64,000 nt of DNA, from contig OZ024740.1 of the NCBI GenBank assembly GCA_964016885.1, forward strand, positions 312,728,001 through 312,792,000. The letters are read 5' to 3'. The notes under the pieces were generated by a model, which made no database searches, had not been told where the DNA came from, and saw only the letters and a program-made list of their open reading frames with translations. A program made the position numbers and the translations under genes. Positions 25,790 through 40,398 of this stretch are shown here, piece after piece. Every line of letters begins with the position of its first letter. The stretch's first letter is position 1. The stretch is from Eledone cirrhosa (lineage: Eukaryota).

Positions 25790-25984
25790 CTGTATATACT
25801 CGAATATAAGCCGAGGAATATGTGGCAAAAAAAACAAACAATGTTAGAAGGGGAGCTGGCTTATATTCGGGGTCAATATTTTGATGATTTTCACTAACTT
25901 CAAATTCTATGTAAATAAGGTTTGGATTTTTGCACGCTTCTCAAACATAAAATAGGGGAGTTGGCTCATATTCAAGTATATACA
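25790..25984. mobile_element. Tc2/pogo-like MITE
   Basis: TIR CTGTATATACTCGAATATAAGCC / GGCTCATATTCAAGTATATAC; also 51322-51532 and ~9757. Confidence 0.75.
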
Positions 25985-28404
25985 CACACACACATATACT
26001 ATATTCTATTGAAGTTAAAGGACACCCAGCTTTAAAACATTGCTTCAACAGTATCTTATTTTGTCTTCATTAGAAAATGTACCCATTTGGAAATCCTCTT
26101 GTCTTGAATCCTTAACCCTTTCATGACTCCATTTCTAATGAAATACACTCTTTTTCAATTAATTAGTGAAGAATTTTAAAGGATTTGCTAAGGTAGTTAA
26201 CTTAATGTAAGGTTCTTATATAAGATTTTAATTTAAATTGGAACTCTTTGGAAAAAAGATTACGGTAAACAAAAAACAAAACCAGCTTTAGATGATGTCA
26301 TTGGATATATACATACTGTCTAATCCATGCAAGCATGGAAAATGGGACTAGTTTTTCTCATTATTCTATGAATTGTAATACGCTCACACTCCATTTCCGT
26401 CTTCGAGACATTGTTTATAAATATATACATATATCTTTGCTTGGATCTCTCAGAATTAAAACCTTAAGTTTTCATACATTGCCAACCCTTGCTAGCAGAG
26501 AAAGGGGGCATTAAACGATAACACCATCTTTTAACTCTCATGAATGTCTTAACTTGGGATAATTCCTCAGTCGTAGCAGAACCAACAAAGGGGTGAACTG
26601 CTGCTATTAAGAGATAAGCTGAATCTTTACAAAGGTATGTCCATAAAAGTTAACAAAATACTTTTCAATTATACAACATCCATGTTGCTTGGCTGAATGG
26701 TTAACAACTTTGTTTCACTCTCATTAGGTCCAGGGTTCAATCCCACTGTACGGTATCTTGGGCAAGGGTTATTTACCATAGACTTGGTTTAGCCCATGCT
26801 ATGTAAGCAAAACTGAGTAGATGAAAACTGGAAGTCCATTGGATGGACAGTAATTTGAAGAACTAGCCTCATCACCATTTAACATGTTTTCCCTGCTAGC
26901 AAGGGTTGGATGGGTCTTCAGATTGAGTGAGTACTCAAGCAGAGCTACTGAACTCTTAAGATAAAATGCAGGAATGTGAGATTCAGATCCCTGGCTGGAG
27001 TGCCAGAAGGACCCATCTTGCTTACAAAGTGTTCCCACACTACAGAGTGCAACTAACACTAGGTAGGTTGTCATGACTTTGACTCAATTGAAGAACCATG
27101 GCAAGCTTTCTGTCTGGATACCCTTCCTATTGCCAACCATTTTATAGAGCATACTTGGTGTGTTTATCATGTAGATCATTAACACGAGGGGAAGTTGTCC
27201 TGTCTTTGACAGAACTGAAGAGTCCTATTGATGTTTTTTGGTAGGATTTCTAGTGGGATGCATTTCTCATGGTGCCAGCATTAGGGAGGTTCTAGTGAAT
27301 GACTCTACTCTAAAAGGGTGGGATGTATGATGTCATGGGTATATGACAAGTGGTGTAGTGATGGGATTTATAATTGGTATGGTAAGATTTTAGTGGGGGA
27401 GTGTATGCTCCTGGTGAGTGACCTGATAGTGTAGGAGGTAAGTTACTTGAGAAATATGTTACGGTTACATATGTCTTTGAATACTCAACCACTTACACAT
27501 TAATTTCATGAGTGGGCTGTACCATTGATGCTACTTACAGAGTCCTAAATATAGTTATTGTACCTATCATACAGTCACTGAAAGTTAATTGTCAATACAA
27601 AGATAGGTCAAGATAAAATTAACTGACTTATGAAATTCAATGCTGCTAATAGCTGAATTCTTGTAGAAGATACACTTCAATTTCCATTCATGTCAGTTGT
27701 TGCAGATTACTTAAAAATGATCAGCTTAGGGAACGACCCATGTGTTGATTACATCACATTACCACATACCACATTGTATTATACTTGACTAAAATTCATT
27801 ACAACACACCATAGAAACACATACTGACTCATGCACAGAAGATATATTTAATGTTGGTGGCACAATAAAATGTGAATTGGTTGATGATATAAAGGGCATT
27901 TCCCTCTAAAAATTATGACCAAGTTTTGTTTAGTAGATAAAAGCAAACTACAGAATTCCAAATAAGAAACAAATGCTTAAAAAAATGTTTGAAGAAAATT
28001 CTGTTGTTATTATTACAAAGTATGTACAAAGTTCCATTATTCACAGCATAATTCCAAGCTTCATCGTCTTTTAGATCTTGATTCAATTGTACAGCATTTC
28101 TTTATCTTTAAACGACTGACAAGATCCCAGACCTCATTTGCTTACTGAGTGGGGTGGAACTTGTCAAATCAGACCAAAGAAACAATGTTTCCATTGCTGA
28201 TACTTTCTAAAGTCCAAGATTAGTTATAAAGATTTTAATGATCCTATACTGTTGCAGGCATAACAAATATCAAAATAATTTAAGATCCAGGCAATTAAGC
28301 TGATATTTACATATAAGCCCAATTTAATGAATGTTTTGTTTAAAATGCATTTAAATATATAAAATTATCAATGTGAAGGTGATAAATTCAGCTATCTTTT
28401 GAAA

Positions 28405-31400
28405 TTATGACTGCTTCTGTCTGTTCCTGCCAACAACCTGCCAACCATCTTCTTCTTCGGCATCCATCACTTGGTCTTCTAGAATCAAACAAACAGTTTT
28501 AAGAAAAATATTTAATGGTGATATGATGACATGCAACAAAGATCAAACTACACAAAAATTACAGCATGATATATATTAGATCTTCCAACCAGGGCCTTAC
28601 TCTCATTTGATGCAGCAGCTACAGGTTGGAAGAGGTCCTCATGGCAGGCTGGCATGAGGCGACCAGCGATGGAGGACCTAGTTGGCTCTATGCATGATGA
28701 TGCCTCAGGATCACTGACCTAAATGACCCCAAATGATATATATATATAATTACCTGAGGGAGCAGTTGTGTTCATCTCAACCATTGTAACATCAGTAACT
28801 TCAGTTGTAGAATCTGTTGAATTATTTCCATTGGGTAATGTATTGCTCTCAGACTGTGGAACAGAAAATAAACAAAATATAAATCTAATTAAGGTTAAAA
28901 GATGGGTAATCAATCCAGAGCCTTCTTACTCCTGTTGGAGGAACCCCTCCCTGGGTAACTGCCACTGCTTTTGTTTGATTTTGGTCATGTCAGGGATGTA
29001 GCCATGTTGGGGTGGATGGCTGATGACTCCAATGAGTTCATCTGCTCCTTTTTAACGGCTTTTTTTTTTTCTACTGCTGGAGTTCCATTTACCCTTCCCA
29101 CCAGACCCTGGTCTAGTGGGGCAGCCAGTTTAGTCACTGACCACTTGGCCATGCAGCAGGTTGTACTGGGTTACAAAGACAACCTAGAAAAGTTACCAAT
29201 CCCCTCCCTATTATTTTGAACCCGTGAGTAAGTGGAGAAAGTCATCTGGTGGTCTTATACATAGGACACTAAACTGCTGACCATAGCTCATTTTCAAGGA
29301 TACTAACAACTTAGCCATCTGTACTTTCAAACTCTTAACAACCTGTAATGATATACCTGAAAGTATCTAAAAACAAGATTGTTAATTCAAATGTTTATAG
29401 TATTGCCTTTAGCAGACAGAGTGAAAATTTCCATGTGGTACAGGATGTTAAGAATTAAATATAAAGAATGGAAAACAGATTGAGAGAATATTATCATGAC
29501 TCTGCCAAGTAAGCAACTGGAGTCACTCAAGTTTGAATATGAGTTGTGCATATCTTGAGCTTCTTTCCACTGTAAAAGTCTTAAGTACATGGAGCAGAAT
29601 TTGATGCTCATTTGCTTTTTCCCAGCATCAATAGTACCACAGCCTAGCCTGGAACCAAATTAGGTTTTTGATATCTCCAATGGTCTGATCACATTATTTG
29701 CCAACTAGAGACACCTGTGGTCAACTTAGTTTTTCAAAGCCTGAGAAAAGAGGCAGGTCGCCAAAGACAGTATCTAGGACCTGAAACTGTTTTTTTATGA
29801 GCAAACTGGTGCAGAATAAGGTCCAATGGACACAATGTATATATACTATTGACTAGCAATAAATTATGTCCCATTTAATGTCTATATTTCCCTAATAAAT
29901 TTAGGAGAAACTAAATTTCAGTATAATATCAACTACATTGGCAATGTCCAATATAACCCTCACCATCTTCACTGTTTAACATCCATTTTTCCACCCTAGC
30001 ATGGGTTAGATGAGTTGTACCATTGTGAGACAAGTCAGATCAGATGACCATATCTTGCTCATACAGAATTGTTTCTGGCTTGCTTTCTATGGCTGGATGC
30101 CCTTCTTAATGCTAACCACATTAAATTTTAAACGATACATGGATAATATAGTTCTAATTATAAATTTATCCAATTATTGTAATTTGCACAATATCCATTT
30201 TCTCAAAAGATTTCGGTAACAATTTAACAAGTTTGTAAAGAAAATATTACAAACCCCAATTTCTTCTTCATCACTATCAGCACGCATGGATTTATGAAGG
30301 TTTGGTTTCGGTAAACTCTCAAGACGTTTATTCACTTCATCGACCTTGTTGTTCACGCAGAGTCTGTAAATGCCACAGATTTCTGCTGCCATCTACAGGT
30401 AGAAATTGTGTAAATTAGCAATGGAAGGGAAACAGGCCACAGATAAAAGAAAAAAAGACGCAGAACGTATAACGGCTAAATATATTGAAGGCAGAAGAAA
30501 TAAGTTAAATCCATATTATTGGAATGTTCTAAGATTTTACTGAATTGGAAACAATATTTACTATATTCAACTTCCAATCCAGGGCCTTCTCACTCCTGTT
30601 GGAGGAACCTGGTTGACCTCCACTGCTTTCTGTTTGGGTTTTGTCATGTCAGGTGTATAGCTGGACTCATCATGCTTAGCCAATGAGGTTATTTAACCCA
30701 TAGTTGGAGTGGATGGTCCTTTTAAGAGCTCTTGTTTTTTGTTCAAATATAGAAAACATTTAGCAACAAAAAAAAAACAAGACAAAGATGTGGAGTCGGT
30801 AAGATGCAGTGGGGCTAAGATCACTCTTTAAACATGCTGAAGATATATTTAATGTTGGTGGCACAATAAAATGTGAATTGGTTGATGATATAAAGGGCAT
30901 TTCCCTATACACAACCAGTTTTTCTTTGCTGCTGTGTGTACCAAATGATGACACAACAGCATGGAACTAGTTTATTGTCCAGAATAAGATCTAACTGCTT
31001 AACCACTCAGTTTGATGTAATCAGATATCTTTTTACATAGAAATGTAGATTTTTGTTACAGAGCTGGTTCACTCACTTCATAGTTGGTTCTAGGAAAGCT
31101 ATCAAACAATACCTATACTTATTCTACCAATACATTTAAACAAAAAGAATTATGCATGCCATGTTAAGTTCAAAACTTCCTTGACACATACCAAAGGAAT
31201 GCTGCCATCGTCTGCTATTGTGTCAAATTCTTTGTTCATAACATCAGTGAGGAAATCTTCTACTTCATATGGATCAAGATTATCTAGAATTAAAATTAAA
31301 AGATGTATTAGCTTACCAATAGAAAAATGTGATGGAACATGTTTTGTATCTCTGAGAAAGGCAGAACACTACTTCATTGTTGATTCACATCTCTGTTAGA

Positions 31401-34400
31401 CTCTCATTATCTAGTCTTCAGAGTTGGACGCCATGTTTTCTAGCATAGTTACGTCCCTTTACAGTCTGAGTTCAAATCCCGCCGAGGTTAACTTTGCCTT
31501 TCATCCTTACGGGGTCGATAAAATAAAGTACCAGTAATTGCTGGCCTTGTGCCTAAAGTAGAAACAATTATCTAGTCTTCAGAGTAACAAGTACTCAGAA
31601 CTCCAAGAGGGATTGCAATATATTCAAGTATAGTTACTGTTCCACTTCATATAAAAGACAATTCTGACACCACTCAAAATCTTCTCTATAAAACCTTTTC
31701 ATCATCATCATCACCCTTTTTCCATGCTTGCATGGATTGGACAGGTCTGTTTCAGCACAGCATCTCTTCATTTTCATTATTATCGAATCTGAGAAGGGAG
31801 TGAATTGTTGGAATCTTTACAACACTGGACAAAATGCTCTATGGTATTTATTTGGGTTCAATATCTGCTGAAATCAACTTCACATTTTATCTTTCTGGAG
31901 TCAATAAAATAAAGTACCAGTCATGTACTGTGGTTGATTTAACTGTCAGATACTGGTATCACCAAGGCTTGAAGCAAGAGACAATGACAGAAACGTGAAC
32001 AGATCTTCTTACTGTTGTTTGTGCTTTAAGAGAAGATAAAGTTATCAATCTCAATGGTTACAGTATTCCTGCAAGAGTCAGTGACTCCAGAGAATAACTT
32101 TGAGAGTCATTGTGCCTGATGCAAGTTGACAAAGAAGAAGGCTTTCTTAGACTAGTAAGTTCAATATTGACAGGAAGAAAGTCCCATGGTGTTGCAGTCT
32201 CTGGGATTAGATAAAGTGCTGAGTAGAGAGTGTGAATGTTGTCACATAGTAGGAACATCAAATAGTATACAATTTGCTACTTCAGAAGAACTTGCTTCAT
32301 ATGTGTAACCAACATTGCCAGGTTTGATGGTATACAATTTGCTACTCCAGAAGAACTCGCTTTATATGTGTGACCAACATCACCAGGTCTGATGTAAATC
32401 TTTTCATTTTGAATCTTTTATCAACTCAACTGATTTTCACCCACCAAGTATTCATTACATGCCTTACACATATCTGTCAGAGCCTTTGATGTTCAGCCAC
32501 TTCCACAAGTAAATTATACCCAACTCAATTGTATTGTCAATATTTCACCTACACAGGGTAGTGGATTGACAATATCAGTAGAGCATCGAACAATATGCTT
32601 TGTGGCATAGAGTTACGGCCATTTACGTTCTGAGTTCAAATCCTTCTATGGTTAGCTTTGTCTTTCATCCTTACGGTGTCAATAAAATAAAGTACCAGTA
32701 ATGCACTGGGGTCGATTAAATTGATTTTCCCCTGCCAAAAATTGCTGGCCTTGTGCCTAAATCAGAAACCAATATTACACCAACACCATAATAAAAGACA
32801 AGCTACAACTCTGAAATTTAATAAAACTTACTATTTTCGTTGAACCAAGTGTCAATGGCATAGGACAACCAAGCAGCTTTCTCTTTGCTTTGACATCCTC
32901 CAAATCCATGCATTACAGCAAGCTGAAGTAGATACAAAACCAAGGGATTTTTCAACAATACAGACTAGTCAATAAATAGGGAGTGTTGTAGATTGAGTAT
33001 AGTTTGATAGAAGATATTAAGATACAGATGACCACCAATACAAGAGATTTTTAACATATTCTTATATGCTTCTATCAGTTATATAAAAGATACAACTTCT
33101 AGTTTTCGTGTTTGACACAATAAACACACCCAGTACACACTCTGTAAAGTGGTTGGTGATGGGAAGGGCATCCAGCCATAGAAAATTTGCCAAACAAGGG
33201 TCATCACTTGTATAACCAGCACTAAATCCCAGAAAACTTCAAATGCATTTCCACCATTCTAATTAATTGGTTTTGTGATCTGTTTATGTAAAACCATTGG
33301 CCATCAGTTTGAGTCAGCCCACTTTCAGAGACAATGCTACTTGTAAATGAGGCTTTGTTTGCTGTTGTTGCATGGTGGATTCAATTTACAATTGCTTTTG
33401 AAAAGAGTTAAACTAACGAGCAGTTCGTTTGACTTGCTAAAAGTAGCAGCCAAATTCTTCAGTGGAACTCCACCCATATGTAGAATATACTGCATGGGCT
33501 TTCTTAAGAGGACAAGTGTCTCAGTCTTTACAGCACTGATTTTCATTCCTGCCGCGTGGCACTCAGCAGCAAACTTCTCAGGTGCATGTTAGAGATCACC
33601 CGACCAAATATTCACACTGTGACAGGTCTTTGAAAAATCGTGAGAGTATTGTCAAGTGGTTAGAATGCCCCAGGAAAGAATTGCTGGACAGATTTCAATA
33701 GCAAAACCAACTGGCAGGAGACCTAAGGATAGACCCTGAGCAAGATGATTAGATAACATCGTTGAGCTTGTCTGGTCACGCTTGGGGATCCAATCAGATA
33801 TATTGGAGACGGTTGCTTCTGACAGGAACCATTGGAAGGAGAGTTTGAGGACTCTGTCCCCACGACTCTCCCATGAGGTGCAGAAGATTTCTTTACATAT
33901 TTACCACATCGGGTATCTCCTAAATATAGCCACTCAACAAATCACTCCTTGGTCCCTGGTATTACCTAACACCACAGACCTACTCACACCAGGAACATTC
34001 GAAACGAGGCATCTATTAACCAGACAATTAAAGGATGAATACTTTTCCATGTCAGTGTTTACTGCCCTTTTTAAGACACCGGTGCTGGGGCCATGCGTTA
34101 TGTCATGTTTATAATACTTTCCATGATCACAATCGGTGCAACTTACAAGATGTTGTCCATAGTGATAAAGTCTTTAGTTTGTATTCCTGTTTTCAAGGAG
34201 TAGATCCCCCAAGCCATCGCTGTGTCACATTCACGTGCATATACCTAAGTATTGTGACCGTCTGAAAGTTTTTGTTTGTATTGATTCTAATTTTTTTTTT
34301 CTTTTTATATGAACTAGCATATTCTATAATAGGACGACAAATAGTTTTGTATAGCGAGAACTTAATTTTAGCTATAGGTTTTCTGAAAGATTAGGATTTC

Positions 34401-34828
34401 ATTATATCCCTCTACGTTCTGTGTTCAAATCATGCCGAGATCAACTTTGCCTCCATCCTTCTAATTTCGATAAAATAAAGTACCAGTATAGTACTGTGGT
34501 CGATATAATCACTTTTTCCCTTTCTCCAAATTGCTGGACTTGTGTTAATATTAGAAAAAAGGATTATTGAGATAGTATGTAAATCAAAACTTAGGTTGAG
34601 AATGATGAAGCCGCTAAGGTACGTAGGCAAGCTTTGTTCCCGGAGACCCAATTATCATTTGTACAAAAAAACAAAAAAAAATCTGTGTGAGGTAGTGATG
34701 GGACATCTGATAATTCGAAGATGTTAGTTAAGGAACAAATGGAAGACATTTACCTGCAGGACTGTCCAACTGTTGAGAAGTTTATCGATTGCTGTCTGGA
34801 ACAACGTGGTAGTAACGGGAGCTGACAT
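28405..34828 (-). CDS. TSR2: Pre-rRNA-processing protein TSR2 homolog, 6 coding exons, 189 aa
   Basis: Exons 34828-34754, 32922-32832, 31283-31192, 30392-30255, 28853-28754, 28478-28405 (GT-AG, phases consistent). [26 protein letters not shown] (WGG domain), EVEDFL...[10 protein letters not shown], acidic tail [11 protein letters not shown]. Confidence 0.95.
33460..33880. mobile_element. RTE LINE fragment with inverted 5' segment
   Basis: 33460-33600 (-) encodes [24 protein letters not shown]; 33650-33880 (+) is the 3' end (PTGRRP.RP..RW). Confidence 0.7.
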
Positions 34829-36349
34829 AGTACAGTTTATACACGTGGGATGAAAGTCGACAAATATTTGACTCTAATTTTATGACAAACATCAACCAGA
34901 AGTTCCTAAAATCATAACTTTCATATAGGATGTCTCCATTGATATAAAAATTCTGCTAAGTTCACGACTTGGAGATCCAAAGAATGGAATTCAGCTGATA
35001 TGAAATGTTATGATCAACAGACTCAGTAATAAAAGTGCATGTGTTTAAGAGAGAGGGAAGGGAGGAGAAGGAATTATAAAGAGATTGAATTAAGGGGAGA
35101 TTATTGAAAGTTACCTAGAAAGGAAAGAGTGAAAGAGAGAACTTCATATAGTTTATGAGAGGTGTAGAAAGAGTAAAGAAAGTGTGTATCGGCAATGTGA
35201 GGAAGACAGTCAGTTGAATAGGGAAGCAAATGAACTGAAAATGAAAGAAAGAAGCTGTCAGAATGAATATCGGGGGGGGGGGGGGGGGAGCTGTGTGAAA
35301 ATAAATATGAGAAAATGGCTAAGTTAACCAACCGACAGGAGACCCAGGGGTAGACCCCGAGCAAGATGATTAAATAACATCGTTGAGCTTGGCTGGTCTC
35401 ACTTGGAGATCCGACCGGATCAATTGGAGACGGTTGCTTCCGACAGGACCTGCTGGAAGGAGTATTTGAGGAATAAGTGGGCGAAGAAGAAGACGACTAA
35501 ATTAAGGACAAGGTTCCCTGAAACAAGAATTTTAATATGACTAGTTGTCAAGAAGTGAAATTGAAATTTTGGCTGAGGAAGTAAGAGAAAAAGCGACTCG
35601 TGGTATGTGATGTCAAAAGAGAGAAGAAAAGTAAGAATTTTTTCATAAAAAGAGAAAGAAAGAGAGAGGGAGAGAAAGAAAGAAAGAAAATGAGAGAGAA
35701 AGAGAAAAAAAGAAGACAAAGAGAGAGAGAGAGAAATAAAGCAAGAAAAAGAGAGAGAGAGTTCAAGGGTGATAATTCTGACATAAAACGGAAGTATAAG
35801 TTAAAGGGAAATAAATACAAAACCAGCGAAATAATGCAAAACGAAAGTTTAACCTCTTAACCAATATACTTCATGTTGAGAATTTGTAAGTTTAACACAG
35901 CAATTCTTCCCTTCTGGTTATTATATATATGTATTCATTGAAATCTTCATTGGTAAAACTTGAAAAAGCGTAAATTACTAAATTTCTCGTATTAGATATC
36001 TATTATATGCATTTTTTTAAACCACCACTTAGAATGAAATTTCTGACGTCTTTCAGTCTATCTATCTGTATATATCTATCTATCTATCGAAATATCGTGT
36101 GTGTCATTCAGATAATTATAGTCATATACATACCCTTGCTTATTCTATAAAGAGCAGCTAAGTGTATATTACATTTTGATAAAATTAAATAGATTATATG
36201 GCTCTTTGTTGACTTTATGGTTACAAATTGTTTTGGAGAAATTCGATATATTTTCATATTTTTTAGGTTGTTTTGACCATAAAATCATTTAATTAAGAAG
36301 CAAAAAAAACAACAACACAAATTCCATTTGTCGTTTTGAAGCTAAGCGA

Positions 36350-36800
36350 CAACGGCTACGTGTGGTCGTTTACATGCAAGAGGCTAGACCTCCGCGTAGA
36401 AACATGACTCTGAGCACACTCACCATAGGAACTTATGGCACGCACCTGTATTAACACCAAAATCAGAAGCGCGTAGCGACAAGATAAAATTACAAAAAAA
36501 AAAAAAAAAATGTCCAAAGGTATTTGGACATACAGGTTATTTGTATAACTCACATCTCACGTCCGGCATGTGGTCTTCAATGTATGTTTTGGTGAAGGGC
36601 GCGCACTTTAATAAGGCGATATGTTATTGGTTGTTATTGTTTTTTTCTCTTTAATTTGATAAATTAACGTTTTTGTCTGTTCTCTTTCACACCCCTAAAT
36701 ATAAATATATACATATTAGAAAGAGTCGGAGCCCGACGGCTGAGCTCTTGCCGTTTCAACAGCTAGTTGAATATATACGCAGGTAAAATGAACTAAGTCA
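36350..36800. promoter_or_regulatory. Putative shared promoter / non-coding first exons of TSR2 (-) and MOV10L1 (+)
   Basis: Only CpG-rich patch between the genes; minus-strand GTGAGT donors near 36418-36423 and 36547-36553, plus-strand CAG|GTAAAA at 36783; the MOV10L1 ATG is preceded by a splice acceptor (40388). Confidence 0.45.
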
Positions 36801-39800
36801 GACAATATCTAAGAAAGAACATTGGAGTTATGGTGTTTGCTTTTTCAAAGGCATTAATGGTGTGAGTGAAATGGCTATATCTGGAGATCGATAATGCGTC
36901 ACGAACTATCTTATATACTGCACATCTACATAATTATATAGGAATATAGGGTGTATATTGGGACCAAATATTACTGGTACTTAGTTTATCGGCTGGGGGA
37001 TCGAAGAATGAATGCAATGTGTTTGACAGTCCACTTGTATTCGATTTTCTCCTGTTGATAACTCGTCTGGTATATTTACATTGTTGTCACATACTCTTTG
37101 TGGGGTGGGTGGGTGTATTGTGGTTACTGCTTCTATTCCATTCCCTCTCTCTCCTTAGTCCAGCTTTAACCCCAGCTCAGCTTTGATCAAGCAGACTTGC
37201 TTTGATCAAAGTTATGACAACCCCTTATTGTTTTTTTTTTTTCGGGCTTTGTATATCCTAGGCCACATTGTCAAATGTACCGTAGGCTACATTGTCAAAT
37301 ATGCCCTAAAAAATGATCGAGCGTGATTTAAAATTTGGCTTCTATTTTTTTTGCGACCACTTGGCTCCTCCACCTCTGGCTCGCGATATAGAAAACGTAA
37401 TATGAATGAATGGGAGATAGAGAAGTGTTGGATGATACCCTAAATAGAGGTGGGCGAAGGCCTATTTGAAATGGAGTAAAGATAGCTTTGTAAACTTTCA
37501 ATTTCGTATGGTAACTGTTGGAGGATGAAACCTCATTGAAGTGAAATTGATGAGGACAGCATCATAGGATTATTTCTATACCTAACATACTCTTGTTAAA
37601 AACTACAAAATATTTTAATTTATGTATTGGAAGACTGCAGAACAATAATGTTTTTTTTTCAGTTGTTGTTGAAACCTAAGTCAGCTTTGATCGAAATTAC
37701 TTATAATCAAAGACCTTCCAAGCGTGTATAATCAAAGACTTTCCTTTTGTGTATCGGAAATACATTAAAGACAAATTGCCCAATATATTCTTTATTTAGT
37801 ATAATAGTGTGTAGTTTAAAGGGCATTTAGCTGTTACCTCAAGAAGTAAGTTGAGCGACTGTATAGAAGTTCCACTGTAGAGTTATGTAATTTTAAGTTT
37901 TATTTCTGTTGTATGTCAATTATATTATGTTATCGATACTCAATTTAAAAGTGAAATTGATCTCTAAGATAATTATAACTTTTTTCTTGTATGTGTGAAG
38001 TTGTAGGTGGTTGATAATCTCGGATAATCACGTGAAATAATCTCCTTTTGTGCTATATTTTCATTATTATTATATTCACAGTCTTTTCAGTTGTCTTGAT
38101 TCAAGCAGACTCCTCTCTGCTTTAATCTGTGCCTGTTTATGTTAAATAGTTCAATATTTAGTTGGTTGGGGAAAAAATTGGCGGTATAGGCGGCACATAC
38201 ACAACCACTCCTTTTATCTGTTAATCTAAATTGTAAGTTAAACAGTTATACTCATCCAATTGCTATATAAGTCTGGGATTAGGGTTATCTTGGTAACTAG
38301 CCCCTACCCTACATTTAGCTTGTAGTACTCAACTGACCTAGACTACCAACATAGGCTTTCTCCACTATTCACATAACTGGGGACATTGTTTTATCCCCAA
38401 TGACTTTGGCTGCCACTAAGAGATCTTGTGCAGATCTAAAGGCACCAAACACAGCCCCCCCCCCTAGGAGAGCAGTAATTTTGAATAAGTTTTCATTGTG
38501 AATTCAGTTGTAAAAACGATGTCAAACAGAAAGAAAAAGAAAGAATAAATAGATGTCAACTCAGTAAGCCACAATGCATACAATCCATATTGAGGGGAAG
38601 TAGTTTCAATTGAGAAAGGGTAATAGAGACTCATTAGTTCTGCCTCAAACAATTTTTATAGTGCTAATGGCATGATAAAATGCATCCATTCCATTTTGTA
38701 AAATGGTTGGTTATAGGAAGGATATCCAGCCATTAAAAAAAACAAAAGATATGCAGCAAACAGATTTGTAATCCTTTCTGCCGTTGTGCATGTCAGATGA
38801 CCCTGGAAGGAGGCAAGATGCTATGAAGCTGTTCAATTTTGCCAGCTCAGAACAAGCAAATGTAAAATGTTGATCTCAGTTTTAATTAATTCAGTGAGTT
38901 GTCTTGCAAAGACTAGCTAACAATTTATGAAACATTTATTCACATGCTTACACTGTTGTATGTATATCTATCACTAATGTGTATGAGTAGGAACTGAATT
39001 CCATCTGTAATATATAACTGTCAGTGTTGTTTATCTATTCAGATACAACTAGTCTCTCATTGTAGGTATCTCATGTCATACCTAACCACTCTACATTTCT
39101 TAGCTACCTTTGATTATGGTACTTTTATGTACTATTCTTAGTTTTTCCAAGTAAAGTCCCATCATTTAATATTTTCTGTGTGACTACTGCCAGCTCCAGC
39201 CTACATGACTTCTCCAAATACTTATCTAGTCACAAAACATGTAAACATATCAATAAGCCACAAGAATGAGGTTTCACTAATACATTAAAAATTCTCTAAT
39301 TCTCTCTTTAGCCATAACCACATCATCATCATCATCATCATCGTTTAATATCTATCTTCCACGCTAGCATGGATTAGACAAGTTTGTCCCATTTAGAGGC
39401 AGTTGGATCAGGTGACCGTGTCTTGCTCATATAAGACTGTTTCTGGCTGGTTTTCTACGGCTGGATGCCCTTCCTAATACCAACCACATTTACAGTGTGT
39501 GCTGGGTGCTTTTTGCTGTGTTTTTTAAATGACCACTTTACAGTGTGGGCTGGATGTTAACACATTAAACTAACTGCAACATCAATAATCACACAAGAAC
39601 TGGAGTCTCTGAAAATACCAATTATAATATTTCTATTATCAATGACTTACTTACAGCAATATCCTTCAGTCATACAAGAACTGACTGATTGATAAAATTA
39701 CAGCAACTTTGTACCATATATGATGAGCCACTGCATGTGGTACATGGTCTTTGACCTGACACCAGAAATATTTTTTCTCAGTATAGGTTTCTTTGAGCAA

Positions 39801-40398
39801 TATTGACCAATTTAACCTAAAATCTTCCTTCAGTTACTATTAATCCAGTTGCTTTCAACTAATAACTGGTTTTTTCAACATATAATTTTTAATTATATGT
39901 GAGGCTGTTGCAGTGGGTGTCTCTGGCCATTCTCTGTGGTAACATTTTTGTTATTTTGTCCGTGGGGCATGATTGAGGCACCTCTTAGATTAGAATATAG
40001 TGTCTGTCCTTCCCCTCTCCCTTTCTTACATTGTTTGATTCTTTTTTCTTTTTCTTCTTTTAATTTCCCTTTTTTTCCCTTTTTTGATCCCTTTATTAGT
40101 GTGTTTTGTTTTTGTATAAACAACTTTATAAAATAAAATACTATTAAATATATTAAACTATTCAAATCTCCAGGCCATTGTAATTTCTTGTCTTATATGC
40201 AGTGCCTGTGGTTTTTGGTGTCTCAGATTTTGCTTAATATGAAAAATCTTTAACTAAATTCTACAAACCTTTTAATATTTATTTTTCTGTTATGATTTCC
40301 AGAGGGTGGTCTGTATTGTTAAAACAACTATTGTTTTGTTTCCAGTAAACTTTAGTGACCTGTATTTTGATTCGTGTCTATTTTTCAGAGTCTACAGA

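Noticed and set aside
28694-28718. C/D snoRNA-like ATGATGA...CTGA in TSR2 intron
   Set aside because: On the strand opposite the host transcript and boxes too close together.
35548-35860. K/R/E-rich and F/L/S-rich ORFs
   Set aside because: Purine-rich low-complexity tract without splice or homology support.
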